DNA of 64,000 nt from an uncultured Acidobacteriota bacterium. GTDB taxonomy: Bacteria > Acidobacteriota > Terriglobia > Acidiferrales > UBA7541. Made by a program: the position numbers and the translations under genes. This document shows positions 49,551-58,436 of the stretch, one piece after another. The stretch lies in contig CAWJDM010000016.1 of the NCBI GenBank assembly GCA_963841605.1, forward strand, positions 2,405 to 66,404, written 5' to 3'. Position 1 is the stretch's first letter; every line of letters starts with the position of its first letter. The notes below the pieces were generated by a model. The model worked only from the letters and a program-made list of their open reading frames with translations. It did not search any database and had not been told where the DNA came from.

Positions 49551-50951
49551 TCAGGGGAGCAGTGCGCTTACGTCGTGCATCTGGTGGGCGAAGCGGTTGG
49601 CATCGTAGCTCGACGGAATCTGCAATTGGTCGAAGAGCCCGGCGATGGCCGCGCGCACCTGCGGTGCGTTGGCAGGTTTCTCGTTGCGATCGTAGGCGAC
49701 GAAGAGCGATTGCAGAGCCATGGCCGCTTGCGCGGCGGCGTGTTCGTCCTGATTCGAAATGCTGTCGGCATCCGAGCAGATGCGCTGAAGGACGCGGAGC
49801 GTGAGCGCGCGATCGTAAGGCATCGTGTCGAATTTCGTGGCGAGTTGATCGGCAAGCTGCGCGGAAGTGGTTGCCGCAGCGGCCACGGCGTTGCGATCGG
49901 GGTTCAACGTGCTCATCAATTTTGTTACCTGCAAAATGTCGGAGTCGAGACTCTGCGCGTCCGCCGGATCGGCCTCGCGCACGATTTCGCGGAATACGAC
50001 GTAGCGCGAAGCATTCCAGGGAGGATCGCCGGGGCGGCGGTCGGGATAGCCGCGCGCTTGCCGCCAGCTCTGCTCCGCAGGGCCGAGCGAGTGATGGCAC
50101 GCGTAGCATTCGAGCTGCGAATATTCGGGCCAATTGGTGCTGCGAGTCTGATCCGCAAGCTGCAGGAGAGACTGGCGGAGCTGCACGGCTTGCCCCGCGG
50201 ACCATTCGCGGACCTCATACCACTGGTCGGTTCCTTCGGCTTCACCCGGTTCGCCGGGCTCGCTCCAGTGGCGGGGCATCGATGCGGAGAAGGAATCGAG
50301 CTCGAAGTAAAGATCGGGATGTCCTGCGGCGATCATTTGGTGATCGACAAACTTTTCCTTGCTGCCAAGATGGCAGGAGAGGCATTTGTCAGTGCGCAGA
50401 GCGACGTCGCGCAGGTCCGTCATGCCGGCCTGCACGGATTGCGCGTGCGTCCAATTGCGTTCGGTGTGATGGCCGAGCCATGCGGAGGCAGGTCCGTGGC
50501 AGCTCTCGCAGCTCACGCCCTCGCTGAGATCGAAGGTGCGGGCGCGGTCGGCAGCGGGCACATCCAGCGCGTGACACGCGAGGCATTTCGGCGCATTCTC
50601 GGCCTTGCCGATATTCAAGATCGCGGCCATGCGTTCGCCGACCATTCCGGTGAGCGCCTGATAGGCCTTCGAGTGCTTGTCGCGCACGATCCAGATGCTG
50701 TATTCGTTCTGCTTGACGCGATTGTCGGTGCGCGGGGCGATGCTGCCGTGGCAGCTGGTTGAGCTGCAGGATCCGGGCCCCGTGTATTGATGGGGCTCAT
50801 CGGCGGCGGGCTCGGCCGGGCCATTCGGCGGAGCGGCAAGCGCGCGGGATCGGAAGGCCGAAGGAAACACTGCGAGCGCGGCCAGCGCGGCGGCGAGCGC
50901 CAACGAAGCTCCGGCGAAGCGCGTCTTTGTTCCGTCCATCCTCAGTTTCAT
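49551..50951 (-). CDS. Secreted multihaem c-type cytochrome (4 CxxCH + 1 CX4CH) with helical non-haem C-terminal domain
   Basis: ORF 49551..50987 trimmed to Met13 (MKLRMDGTKTRFAGASLALAAALAALAV); Met17 is also possible. Motifs CSSTSCH, CLACH, CESCH, CLSCH, CYACH. 6 nt upstream of the GH63-like gene. Confidence 0.8.
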   Translation of the reverse strand: MKLRMDGTKTRFAGASLALAAALAALAVFPSAFRSRALAAPPNGPAEPAADEPHQYTGPGSCSSTSCHGSIAPRTDNRVKQNEYSIWIVRDKHSKAYQALTGMVGERMAAILNIGKAENAPKCLACHALDVPAADRARTFDLSEGVSCESCHGPASAWLGHHTERNWTHAQSVQAGMTDLRDVALRTDKCLSCHLGSKEKFVDHQMIAAGHPDLYFELDSFSASMPRHWSEPGEPGEAEGTDQWYEVREWSAGQAVQLRQSLLQLADQTRSTNWPEYSQLECYACHHSLGPAEQSWRQARGYPDRRPGDPPWNASRYVVFREIVREADPADAQSLDSDILQVTKLMSTLNPDRNAVAAAATTSAQLADQLATKFDTMPYDRALTLRVLQRICSDADSISNQDEHAAAQAAMALQSLFVAYDRNEKPANAPQVRAAIAGLFDQLQIPSSYDANRFAHQMHDVSALLP

Positions 50952-51218
50952 CTTCGGTTCAGCTGGTCGGAGCGCATCGCCACCCACGCGAGCGGCGACA
51001 AACCGCCTGAAATGTGGCTGTCTCGACGCTTATAGTATCGGCTTCCGTCGCAATGTCAACGACGAGGTCGGCCGGGTACAAGACATGTTTCCATATTCAG
51101 TTGGGCTGTGGACGGATTCGCGAGTCTTGCTATACACTCTTGCACGACTCGCCGTCTTGGCTGGTCTCGCAGTCGACTTGACACGGAATCGCCACAGACA
51201 TTCTGGGGAGAATACAGG

Positions 51219-52934
51219 TTGATCGTTCAGGAACTGAGAGCGGTCCAGTCCCAGTTTGGATTCCTGCCCGCCGATCAGCTTCAGGCGCTGGCCAAGAAGA
51301 TTAACGTCCCGATCACGCGCCTCCACCAGGTTGCCAGCTTCTTCCCGCATTTTCGTCTCACGCCTCCGCCGAAAGCGGACGTGCGCATTTGCCGCGACAT
51401 GTCGTGCCATTTGCGCGGCGGGGATCGCGTGCGGATGAACCTTGAGGAGCGATTCAAGGGCGCGAGCGAGCAGGAAGTGACGATTCGCGGCGTCTCGTGC
51501 CTGGGGCAGTGCGATCATGCGGTCGCGGTTTCGATCAACGACCGGGTATTCGCTCCGGCGGATGAGGCGCGCGTCGAGCAGATTATTCGCGACGTGCTGC
51601 TGCAGGGGGAATTGCCGCAAGCCGCCCACCGCGAGGCCGGCGTCGAGTGCGCGTCGAATCCATACGCGGGCGGCGAGCGATATGGCGCCGTGCGGCGGCT
51701 GGTGGAATCGCGCGGATGGAACGCGGCGCTCGAAGCGCTGAAGTCGGCTGGGCTGCGCGGGCTGGGCGGCGCGGGTTTTCCGACGGAAATGAAGTGGCAG
51801 CTAGTCCGGCAGCAGCCCGGAAACGAAAAATACATCGTGTGCAACGCGGATGAGAGCGAGCCGGGCACATTCAAGGACCGATTCATTCTGACCCACCTTC
51901 CTTTCCTCGTGATCGAAGGAATGATCATCGCGGGGCTCATTACCGGCGCGCGCAAGGGGATTCTCTACATCCGCCACGAATACGAGGCGCAGGAACACCT
52001 TTGCGAACAGGAGATTCGCCGCTGCTACGAGGCGGGCCTGCTGGGATCGAAGATTCTTGGCACGGATTTGGCGTTCGATCTCGAGGTTTTCGTCAGCCCC
52101 GGCGGATACATCTGCGGGGAAGAGAGCGCGCTGCTTGAGGCGATCGAAGGGAAGCGGGCGGAGCCGCGCAACAAGCCTCCGTTTCCGGGGCAGCAGGGCC
52201 TTTGGAACAAGCCGACCGTAATCAATAACGTCGAAACGTTTGCGCACGTCCCGCAGATTCTGGTGCGCGGCGTGGAGTGGTACAAGGCGCAGGGCGTCGG
52301 CGGAACGGCGGGACTGAAATTTGTTGGCGTGAGCGGCGATATCGAAAAGCCGGGCGTGTACGAGCTGCCAATGGGAACGCCGATGTCGGAGCTCATTTTC
52401 AAAAGAGCAGGAGGCGTGCGCGGCGGCAAAAAGTTGAAGGCATTTGCGCCTTCAGGGCCGTCGTCCGGCTATCTTCCGGCTTCGATGGTCGACGTGCATC
52501 TCGATTTCAAGTCGCTTGCGGATGCGGGCTCGATGCTGGGCTCGGGCGCTGTGGTGGTCTGCGCCGAGGGAACCTGCATGCTGGATATGGCACTGAGCGC
52601 GACGCAATTCTTTCGCAACGAATCCTGCGGCAAGTGCGTGCCGTGCCGCGTTGGCTCGCAAAAGATGGTCGATATTCTGGCGGGGTGGTCGCAGGGGCGA
52701 GGGGCGGAAGAAGACCTTGCGCTCGTGCAGGAGCTCTCGCAGTCGATGGTGCTGACTTCGATTTGCGGGCTCGGGCAAGTGGTGCCCGCGCCGATCGGCT
52801 CCGTGCTGAAATATTTTCGCGAGGAAGTTGAGGCGCATATCACGCGGCACGAATGTCCGTCGGGCATCTGTTTTTCTGATGCGCCCGCCCGCAGCGCGCC
52901 CGCAGCGGCCGCGGCTGTTCCGAGGTTGCTATGA
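51219..52934 (+). CDS. NuoE-NuoF fusion-type NAD(P)H dehydrogenase (FMN, 2Fe-2S, 4Fe-4S) subunit, HoxF/FdsB-like
   Basis: Start set at TTG 51219 (GGGGAG 8 nt upstream) within ORF 51108..52934. NuoE-like 2Fe-2S (CRDMSCHLRGG...CLGQCDHAVAV). NuoF FMN/NADH site (GLRGLGGAGFPTEMKW). N3 cluster (ESCGKCVPCRVG). Confidence 0.85.
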   Translation: MIVQELRAVQSQFGFLPADQLQALAKKINVPITRLHQVASFFPHFRLTPPPKADVRICRDMSCHLRGGDRVRMNLEERFKGASEQEVTIRGVSCLGQCDHAVAVSINDRVFAPADEARVEQIIRDVLLQGELPQAAHREAGVECASNPYAGGERYGAVRRLVESRGWNAALEALKSAGLRGLGGAGFPTEMKWQLVRQQPGNEKYIVCNADESEPGTFKDRFILTHLPFLVIEGMIIAGLITGARKGILYIRHEYEAQEHLCEQEIRRCYEAGLLGSKILGTDLAFDLEVFVSPGGYICGEESALLEAIEGKRAEPRNKPPFPGQQGLWNKPTVINNVETFAHVPQILVRGVEWYKAQGVGGTAGLKFVGVSGDIEKPGVYELPMGTPMSELIFKRAGGVRGGKKLKAFAPSGPSSGYLPASMVDVHLDFKSLADAGSMLGSGAVVVCAEGTCMLDMALSATQFFRNESCGKCVPCRVGSQKMVDILAGWSQGRGAEEDLALVQELSQSMVLTSICGLGQVVPAPIGSVLKYFREEVEAHITRHECPSGICFSDAPARSAPAAAAAVPRLL

Positions 52935-55102
52935 GCTCGACGCCCATCATCGACCTCACGATCGACGGCAAGAAAGTATCCGTGCCACAGGGCACGACCG
53001 TGTTTGACGCCGCCCGGCTGAACGGGATTGCGATTCCAACGCTTTGCCATCAGCAGAACGAGACGCCAGTGGGGGTTTGCCGCGTGTGCGTGGTGGATGC
53101 CGGAGGGCGCGTGCTGAGCGCCTCGTGCGTTCGCCCCGCCGAAAATGGCATGAACGTGAGCACGGCTTCCGACAAGGTGCAGGGCGCACGGCGCACGCTC
53201 GTCGAGCTGCTGATGTCCGATCACACGAGTCCGTGCGCGCGGCAGCAGCATACGGGCGATTGCGAGCTCGAAACGATGGCGCGTCAGATGGGCGTGACGC
53301 AGCCGCGCTTTCCGCGACGGTCGAGCGGGCGCACGAAGGATGATTCGTCGCCGAGCATCGCCGTCGATTTCGACGCGTGCATCTTGTGCGACCGGTGCAT
53401 CCGCGGGTGCAACGAAATCCGCCACAACGGCGTGCTGGGCCGCATGGGCAAGGGCGGAACGGCCGGCATCGCGTTCGATAACAACTTGCCGATGGGCAAT
53501 TCGTCGTGCGTGTCGTGCGGCGAGTGCATGGTTTCGTGCCCTACGGGCGCGCTGACGAACAAGATCGCCGCCGGGACGGCGTTTGCGGCGGGCGCGGGCG
53601 CCGATCACGTGAGCGTCGAGGAGCTCGAGCAGCTCAGCGTCTTCAAAGGTGTTTCGGGCACGTTCTTGAGTTTGAATCGGGGCGCGGTGGTGCGGCGAAA
53701 ATTCCGGCCCGGCGACGTGATCTGCCGCGAGGGCGAATACGGTTCGACGGCGTTTTACATCCTCGAAGGGAAAGTGCGCGTTTCGATTTCGAGCCCCATC
53801 GCGCACGTGAAAACCGGCGGCGGATCGCACGGATTGCTCAGCAAGCTGACGAGCGCGCTCGTACGGCGCAAGGAAGACCAGCGCGAGGAGGAGACGAGCC
53901 AGCGATTCATCCCGATTGATGCTCCCGTGGATCTCGCATATGAAAATCCCGTCGGGGAGCTGGGCCCTGGCGACCTTTTCGGCGAGATGACGTGCATGAG
54001 CCTCTATCCGCGTTCGGCGACCGTGCGCGCGGAGACGGATTGCACGATGCTCGAAATGCTGCGCAACGTGCTCGACATCCTGCAGCGCAACAAGAATTTC
54101 CGCGCGCAGCTCGAGAAATCCTACCGGCAGCGCGCGCTGGACAGCCACTTGCGCGGCATACCCGTGTTTGCGTCGCTGCCAGACGACTTTCTGGCGAGCT
54201 TGCGCGATCGCGTCGAGCTGGTGCGATACGGGCCGGGCGAGGTGATTTGCCGGCAAGGCGAGATCGCCAACAGCTTCTATCTCGTGCGCATCGGATTCGT
54301 GAAAGTGTCGCAAGAGCATCCGGGCGGCGAAATGGTGCTGGCCTATCTCTCGCGCGGCGATTATTTCGGCGAGATTGGATTGCTCGAAGGCGACGTGCGC
54401 ACGGCGACGTGCACGGCGCTCGATCACGTGGAGCTGGTGCGGATTTCGGGCGACGATTTCAGCGATATGGTGTCGAGGTTCCCGGAGATTCGCAGCAAGC
54501 TGCAGGCGGTGGAGCACGAACGGTTGCAGCAGAACCGGCAGCGGATGTCGCTGGTGCAGAGCTTGCCGCTCGATACGTTTCTCGCGCGCGGTTTGATGGA
54601 GGCGCAAAGCCTGCTGCTGCTCGATCTCGACCGCTGCACGCGGTGCGATGCCTGCGTGCGCGCTTGCGCGGATGCCCACGACGGAGTGACGCGGCTGGTG
54701 CGCGATGGGCTGCGCTTCGACCGCTATCTCGTGGCAACGTCGTGCCGGCAATGCCGCGATCCGCTGTGCATGGTCGGATGCCCCGTGGGCTCGATCCGGC
54801 GGCGAAATACGCTCGAGGTGATCATTGAGGATTGGTGTATCGGCTGTGGGCTGTGCGCGAAAAATTGCCCCTACGGCAATATCAATCTGCACCCGTTCGA
54901 GGTGATGACCGACGATCCGGAGCGGCCGGGACGCAAGAAGGCGACGGTGAGCCAGAAGGCGACCTCGTGCGATTTGTGCACCGAGCATGCGGAGCCGAGC
55001 TGCGTGTACGCATGCCCGCACGACGCGGCGCATCGCGTGGATCCAACCAAGTTTTTCGAGGGAATTCTAGGAGCGGGGCAGGCTGGGGCGCGCGACCGCT
55101 AG
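52931..55102 (+). CDS. Fusion: NuoG-N-terminal/HoxU-like FeS module + two cyclic-nucleotide-binding domains + four-cluster (DmsB/NrfC-type) polyferredoxin
   Basis: ATGA overlap with the upstream gene. aa 1-215: 2Fe-2S (CHQQ...CRVC...C), His-ligated cluster region (DHTSPCARQQHTGDC), CILCDRCIRGC and CVSCGECMVSCP. aa ~232-385 and ~405-515: cNMP domains with intact phosphate-binding cassettes (FGEMTCMSLYPRSATVRA; FGEIGLLEGDVRTATCTA). aa ~565-705: CTRCDACVRAC, CRQCRDPLCMVGCP, CIGCGLCAKNCP, CDLCTEHAEPSCVYACP. Confidence 0.85.
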   Translation: MSSTPIIDLTIDGKKVSVPQGTTVFDAARLNGIAIPTLCHQQNETPVGVCRVCVVDAGGRVLSASCVRPAENGMNVSTASDKVQGARRTLVELLMSDHTSPCARQQHTGDCELETMARQMGVTQPRFPRRSSGRTKDDSSPSIAVDFDACILCDRCIRGCNEIRHNGVLGRMGKGGTAGIAFDNNLPMGNSSCVSCGECMVSCPTGALTNKIAAGTAFAAGAGADHVSVEELEQLSVFKGVSGTFLSLNRGAVVRRKFRPGDVICREGEYGSTAFYILEGKVRVSISSPIAHVKTGGGSHGLLSKLTSALVRRKEDQREEETSQRFIPIDAPVDLAYENPVGELGPGDLFGEMTCMSLYPRSATVRAETDCTMLEMLRNVLDILQRNKNFRAQLEKSYRQRALDSHLRGIPVFASLPDDFLASLRDRVELVRYGPGEVICRQGEIANSFYLVRIGFVKVSQEHPGGEMVLAYLSRGDYFGEIGLLEGDVRTATCTALDHVELVRISGDDFSDMVSRFPEIRSKLQAVEHERLQQNRQRMSLVQSLPLDTFLARGLMEAQSLLLLDLDRCTRCDACVRACADAHDGVTRLVRDGLRFDRYLVATSCRQCRDPLCMVGCPVGSIRRRNTLEVIIEDWCIGCGLCAKNCPYGNINLHPFEVMTDDPERPGRKKATVSQKATSCDLCTEHAEPSCVYACPHDAAHRVDPTKFFEGILGAGQAGARDR

Positions 55103-55157
55103 GCGCAGTTTCATTAGGCCGCCGGAAACAACAGAATCGCCGCCACGGATTTCGAAC

Positions 55158-56045
55158 GTGCGCATCGATAGCACACATAAGAAGTGGCTGATCGCGTCGC
55201 TCATCATTTTCGTCGTGGCGACGGCGGTCTACATTCCCTACGCCGCGGCGTCTCCTTACGGGCCAAGCGGCGCGAGCGCGATCGGGCTTACATTTGGGAT
55301 TGTCGGCTTCGCGTTCATGATTTTTGCGGGGCTGCTGGGTGCGCGCAAACGGTTTCCCGTCTGGCGCGTCGGGCGCGCACAGGCATGGATGCGCGGGCAC
55401 CTGTGGCTAGGCGTGCTGAGTCTGCCGCTAATTTTCTTTCACAGCGGGTTTCGGTTTGGCGGACCGCTGACGGCCGCGCTGATGGTGCTGCTGATTGTGG
55501 TGGTGGTGAGCGGCGTGTTCGGCGCGGTGCTGCAGCACTATTTGCCCGCGGTGATGACCGAGCAGGTGCCGCTCGAGACGATCTTCGAGCAGATCGATCG
55601 CGTGCGAGGCCAGTTGCTCGAGGAAGCGGATCAGACAGTCGCCCGCGTGGTGGCGCTGGTGGCTCCTCTCGTGACGGCAACACCCACGCGCGTGGCGATG
55701 GCGACCGAGGAAGCTGCCGCAATCACGGAAGCGGATATTGCGCCACTGCGCGCGTTCTACGATCGCGAGATGCGGCCATTCGCCGAGAAACCGGATGCGC
55801 GTGGCTACGCGCTTGCGGACACGGCCAAGGCGCGAGCGATGTTTGCAGGGCTGCGCACGCTGATGCCGCCTGCGGTTCACGAATCCGTGAAAGACCTCGA
55901 GGATATCTGCGAGGAAGAGCGCGAACTGCGGCGGCAGGTGCGTCTCCATCACTGGCTGCACGACTGGCTGCTATTTCATATTCCGCTGTCGTTCGCGCTG
56001 CTGCTGCTGGGCGCGGTGCACGCCGTGATGGCGCTGCGGTACTGA
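55158..56045 (+). CDS. His-rich five-TM membrane protein with ~130-aa soluble helical insert (candidate haem-b carrier)
   Basis: GTG start. TM helices carry conserved-looking His residues (MRGHLWLGVLSLPLIFFHSGF; GAVLQHYL; LHHWLHDWLLFHIPLSFALLLLGAVHAV). No family recognised. Confidence 0.6.
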   Translation: MRIDSTHKKWLIASLIIFVVATAVYIPYAAASPYGPSGASAIGLTFGIVGFAFMIFAGLLGARKRFPVWRVGRAQAWMRGHLWLGVLSLPLIFFHSGFRFGGPLTAALMVLLIVVVVSGVFGAVLQHYLPAVMTEQVPLETIFEQIDRVRGQLLEEADQTVARVVALVAPLVTATPTRVAMATEEAAAITEADIAPLRAFYDREMRPFAEKPDARGYALADTAKARAMFAGLRTLMPPAVHESVKDLEDICEEERELRRQVRLHHWLHDWLLFHIPLSFALLLLGAVHAVMALRY

Positions 56046-56103
56046 GCCGCAGATGGCGGCGGTGTAGAGCGATTTTGCAATTGTTTCTGCTACGAGAGGC
56101 ATT

Positions 56104-57538
56104 GTGCCGCGAGAGAAGCGCACCACCAAAACCGTCGCGAAGCGCATCGACCTGAACTATTTCAAGCGGCCGAGCCCGTGGCGGCGGTGGCGCTTCGCGC
56201 TGTCGGTCGCGCTGCCGTGCCTGGCGGTAGCGTGGCTCGCGGCGTATGGCGTGACACGCAACAATCACGCGTACAGCAGCGGCAAGATGTCGCCCGCGCA
56301 CGCGGTGCTCACGCGGCAGTGCAATGCGTGCCATTTCTCGCGCGCGGGCTCCTTCCGCGCGACTGCGACCGATCAGGCGTTGCCTTGCGTGCCACGACGG
56401 GCCGATTCACCACGCGGGTCAGGTGTTCACGCCGAGCTGCGCATCGTGCCACGTCGAGCATCGAGGACGAATGCGCCTTGCGGCGACAGCCGATCAGAGC
56501 TGCACGCAATGCCACGCGAATTTGCGCACGAACGGCAAGGCAACGTCCTACGTGACCCACGTTACGGCATTCACTTCCGGGGGGCATCCGGAGTTCGCGC
56601 CTTTGCGCGCCGGGTTCCGCGATCCCGGAACGATCAAGCTCAACCATGCCATTCACCTGAAGGCCAGCCTCCTGGGACCGAATGGCACCCGAGTGCAAAT
56701 GACGTGCGATGACTGCCATCGCGCGAACGCCGCGGATCAATCCTGGAGATTCGGCGCGGCGCCGGCTTCGCAATCGCAGTCGCCTTCGTCGATGGCAGCA
56801 AACGCGACGGCGGGCGCGATGATGCCGGTTTCGGCGCCGCGCATGTTTCCGCCGTCCTATTCGCCGGCGCGCGCGTACATGCAGCCGATTTCCTATGCGA
56901 GGCACTGCATCGGCTGCCATCCGCTGCTTTTCGACAAGCGCTTCACCGATAGCGTGCCGCACGACACGCCGGAAGTGATTCACGCGTTTCTGGTGAAGCG
57001 ATACACGGAGTACATCGCGACGCATCCAGCGGAATTGCGGGAGACGAAGTCCACGATGGCGTTGCCGGCGAGACCAGTGCCGATTTCGCCGCGCATCTAT
57101 ACGCCGCCGGAATGGGTCAACACGCGCGTGGCCGAGGCGGAGAATCTGCTGTGGCGCAAGACCTGTAAAGAGTGTCATGCGCTGTCATCCCTGCCGAGCG
57201 CCCAGCCCGCTCCGATGATGCTGCCAGGGGCGTTGCCCAAAGTCGCGAAGTCGAATATCCCCGTGCGCTGGTTCCCGGACGCCGAATTCGATCACCAGGC
57301 GCACCGCGCGTGGACTTGCACCACCTGCCACCCGCGCGCGACGACGAGCCAGGAGACGGCCGATATTCTTGTGCCGGGTGAGAAGACGTGCGAGCAGTGC
57401 CATCACCCGGGCGCGGATGCAGCCGAAGCGCGCTGCTTCGAGTGTCACGCCTATCACGACTGGAGCCGCGAAAAGCCGGTGAAAGGCACGCCGCACTTTT
57501 CGTCGTGGATGCAAATTGCGCAAAGGCCGGCATCTTAG
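56104..57538 (+). pseudogene. Membrane-anchored decahaem c-type cytochrome, interrupted by a +1 frameshift (extra T at 56380/56381); could equally be a sequencing error
   Basis: Frame of ORF 56104..56712 gives an N-terminal TM anchor (WRFALSVALPCLAVAWLAAYG) and CNACH, then loses sense. Frame of ORF 56324..57538 carries CLACH, CASCH, CTQCH, CDDCH, CIGCH, CKECH, CTTCH, CEQCH, CFECH. Deleting one T of the TT at 56380-56381 joins them as ...ATDQACLACHDGPIHH... (477 aa). Confidence 0.7.
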
Positions 57539-57556
57539 CCTAAGTGCGCACGGAAT

Positions 57557-57574
57557 GCTGGGTCGCCACCCAGC
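57557..57574. terminator. Hairpin between convergent genes (cytochrome vs fdhE)
   Basis: gctgggt-cgcc-acccagc (7-bp stem) in the 67-nt convergent spacer. No clear U-tract on either strand. Confidence 0.3.
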
Positions 57575-57605
57575 GCCCCGCCGTTACAAAGGCCAACCAA
57601 CAGCT

Positions 57606-58436
57606 CTAGATTCCCAGGAGATTTGTCTGCAGCTTGGTGTAGCCGTGCTCGGTGGCCCAGAGATTCAGCGGGATTGTGGCAAGTTCGTCGACGACAGGTA
57701 GCGCGAGGCCATTTTTCGACAGGTCGACGGTCTTGATGTAGCTGTGGCACGAGTCGCACGCCTCGACGCGCACGTGGCCAAACTCCTCCGCCGTGTAGAC
57801 GGCAAGTTTGTGCGGATTTTCCTCGCCGCACGACGGGCAAACGACGCGGCGATAATCCCATTCGTGGGCGCATAGCGCGCAGATCAGCGATCTCTTCGCG
57901 CCGTCGCCTTCCGGGCGCAAGACTCCCACCTGCGGTTTGGTGCCGCAGACGGGGCAGTGCGATGGCGTGGCGTGAATCGGGTATTGGCGCGTGTGGTCGG
58001 CAAGATACTCGGCGTAGGGTTGGAGAAAAGTCCAGGCGATTAGCTCTTCCGCGGCGTCGAGACCGGTCGCGCCATCTTCCTCGGTCCCGCTAGGTGCATC
58101 CTGCCAAAATCCGAGCAGCAAGTCCTGCAAGCGGCTCGCATCGCCGGCGCGCAGCTCGCGAGCGGTTTGCGCGAGCGGCGCGGGGGCATCTTCCTCGATC
58201 TGCGAAAGAAAGAACGGGAATAGCGGCACCAGCAGAGACGAATCAAATTCGCCGCGAAGCTTGCCCTGGGGCCGCGTGTGCATTTCCGCGCCGCAAGCTG
58301 CCTCGATTCGCGCATAGAGCTGCTTTTGGGCCTTCGCGACAGCGCGGTAAAAGAGCAGCCCTTCGGATGCAAAAGGGTGGCTCGAAGCGAGATCTTCCGC
58401 GCGGCGAATCCGCGCGTCCCATTTGGCGGGTTTCAT
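57606..58436 (-). CDS. fdhE: Formate dehydrogenase accessory protein FdhE
   Basis: ORF 57606..58493 trimmed to Met20, whose ATG overlaps the fdnI stop (tcat at 58433-58436). Four CxxC pairs (CPVCG, CALCAHEW, CPSCG, CDSCHSYIK) as in FdhE. Confidence 0.85.
   Translation of the reverse strand: MKPAKWDARIRRAEDLASSHPFASEGLLFYRAVAKAQKQLYARIEAACGAEMHTRPQGKLRGEFDSSLLVPLFPFFLSQIEEDAPAPLAQTARELRAGDASRLQDLLLGFWQDAPSGTEEDGATGLDAAEELIAWTFLQPYAEYLADHTRQYPIHATPSHCPVCGTKPQVGVLRPEGDGAKRSLICALCAHEWDYRRVVCPSCGEENPHKLAVYTAEEFGHVRVEACDSCHSYIKTVDLSKNGLALPVVDELATIPLNLWATEHGYTKLQTNLLGI

Noticed and set aside
51219-55102. Could the NuoEF-like and FeS proteins be the diaphorase of the adjacent formate dehydrogenase (a soluble NAD-dependent FDH)?
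   Set aside because: The FDH here is the Tat-exported, membrane-bound FDH-N type, with its own FeS and cytochrome b subunits. It lies on the opposite strand in a convergent operon.
56324-57538. Could ATG 56324 be a genuine independent start for the nine-haem ORF?
   Set aside because: That ATG lies inside the codons of the CNACH motif of the upstream frame. The resulting N-terminus (MRAISRARAPSARLRP...) has no signal peptide or anchor, so the haems could not be attached in the periplasm.
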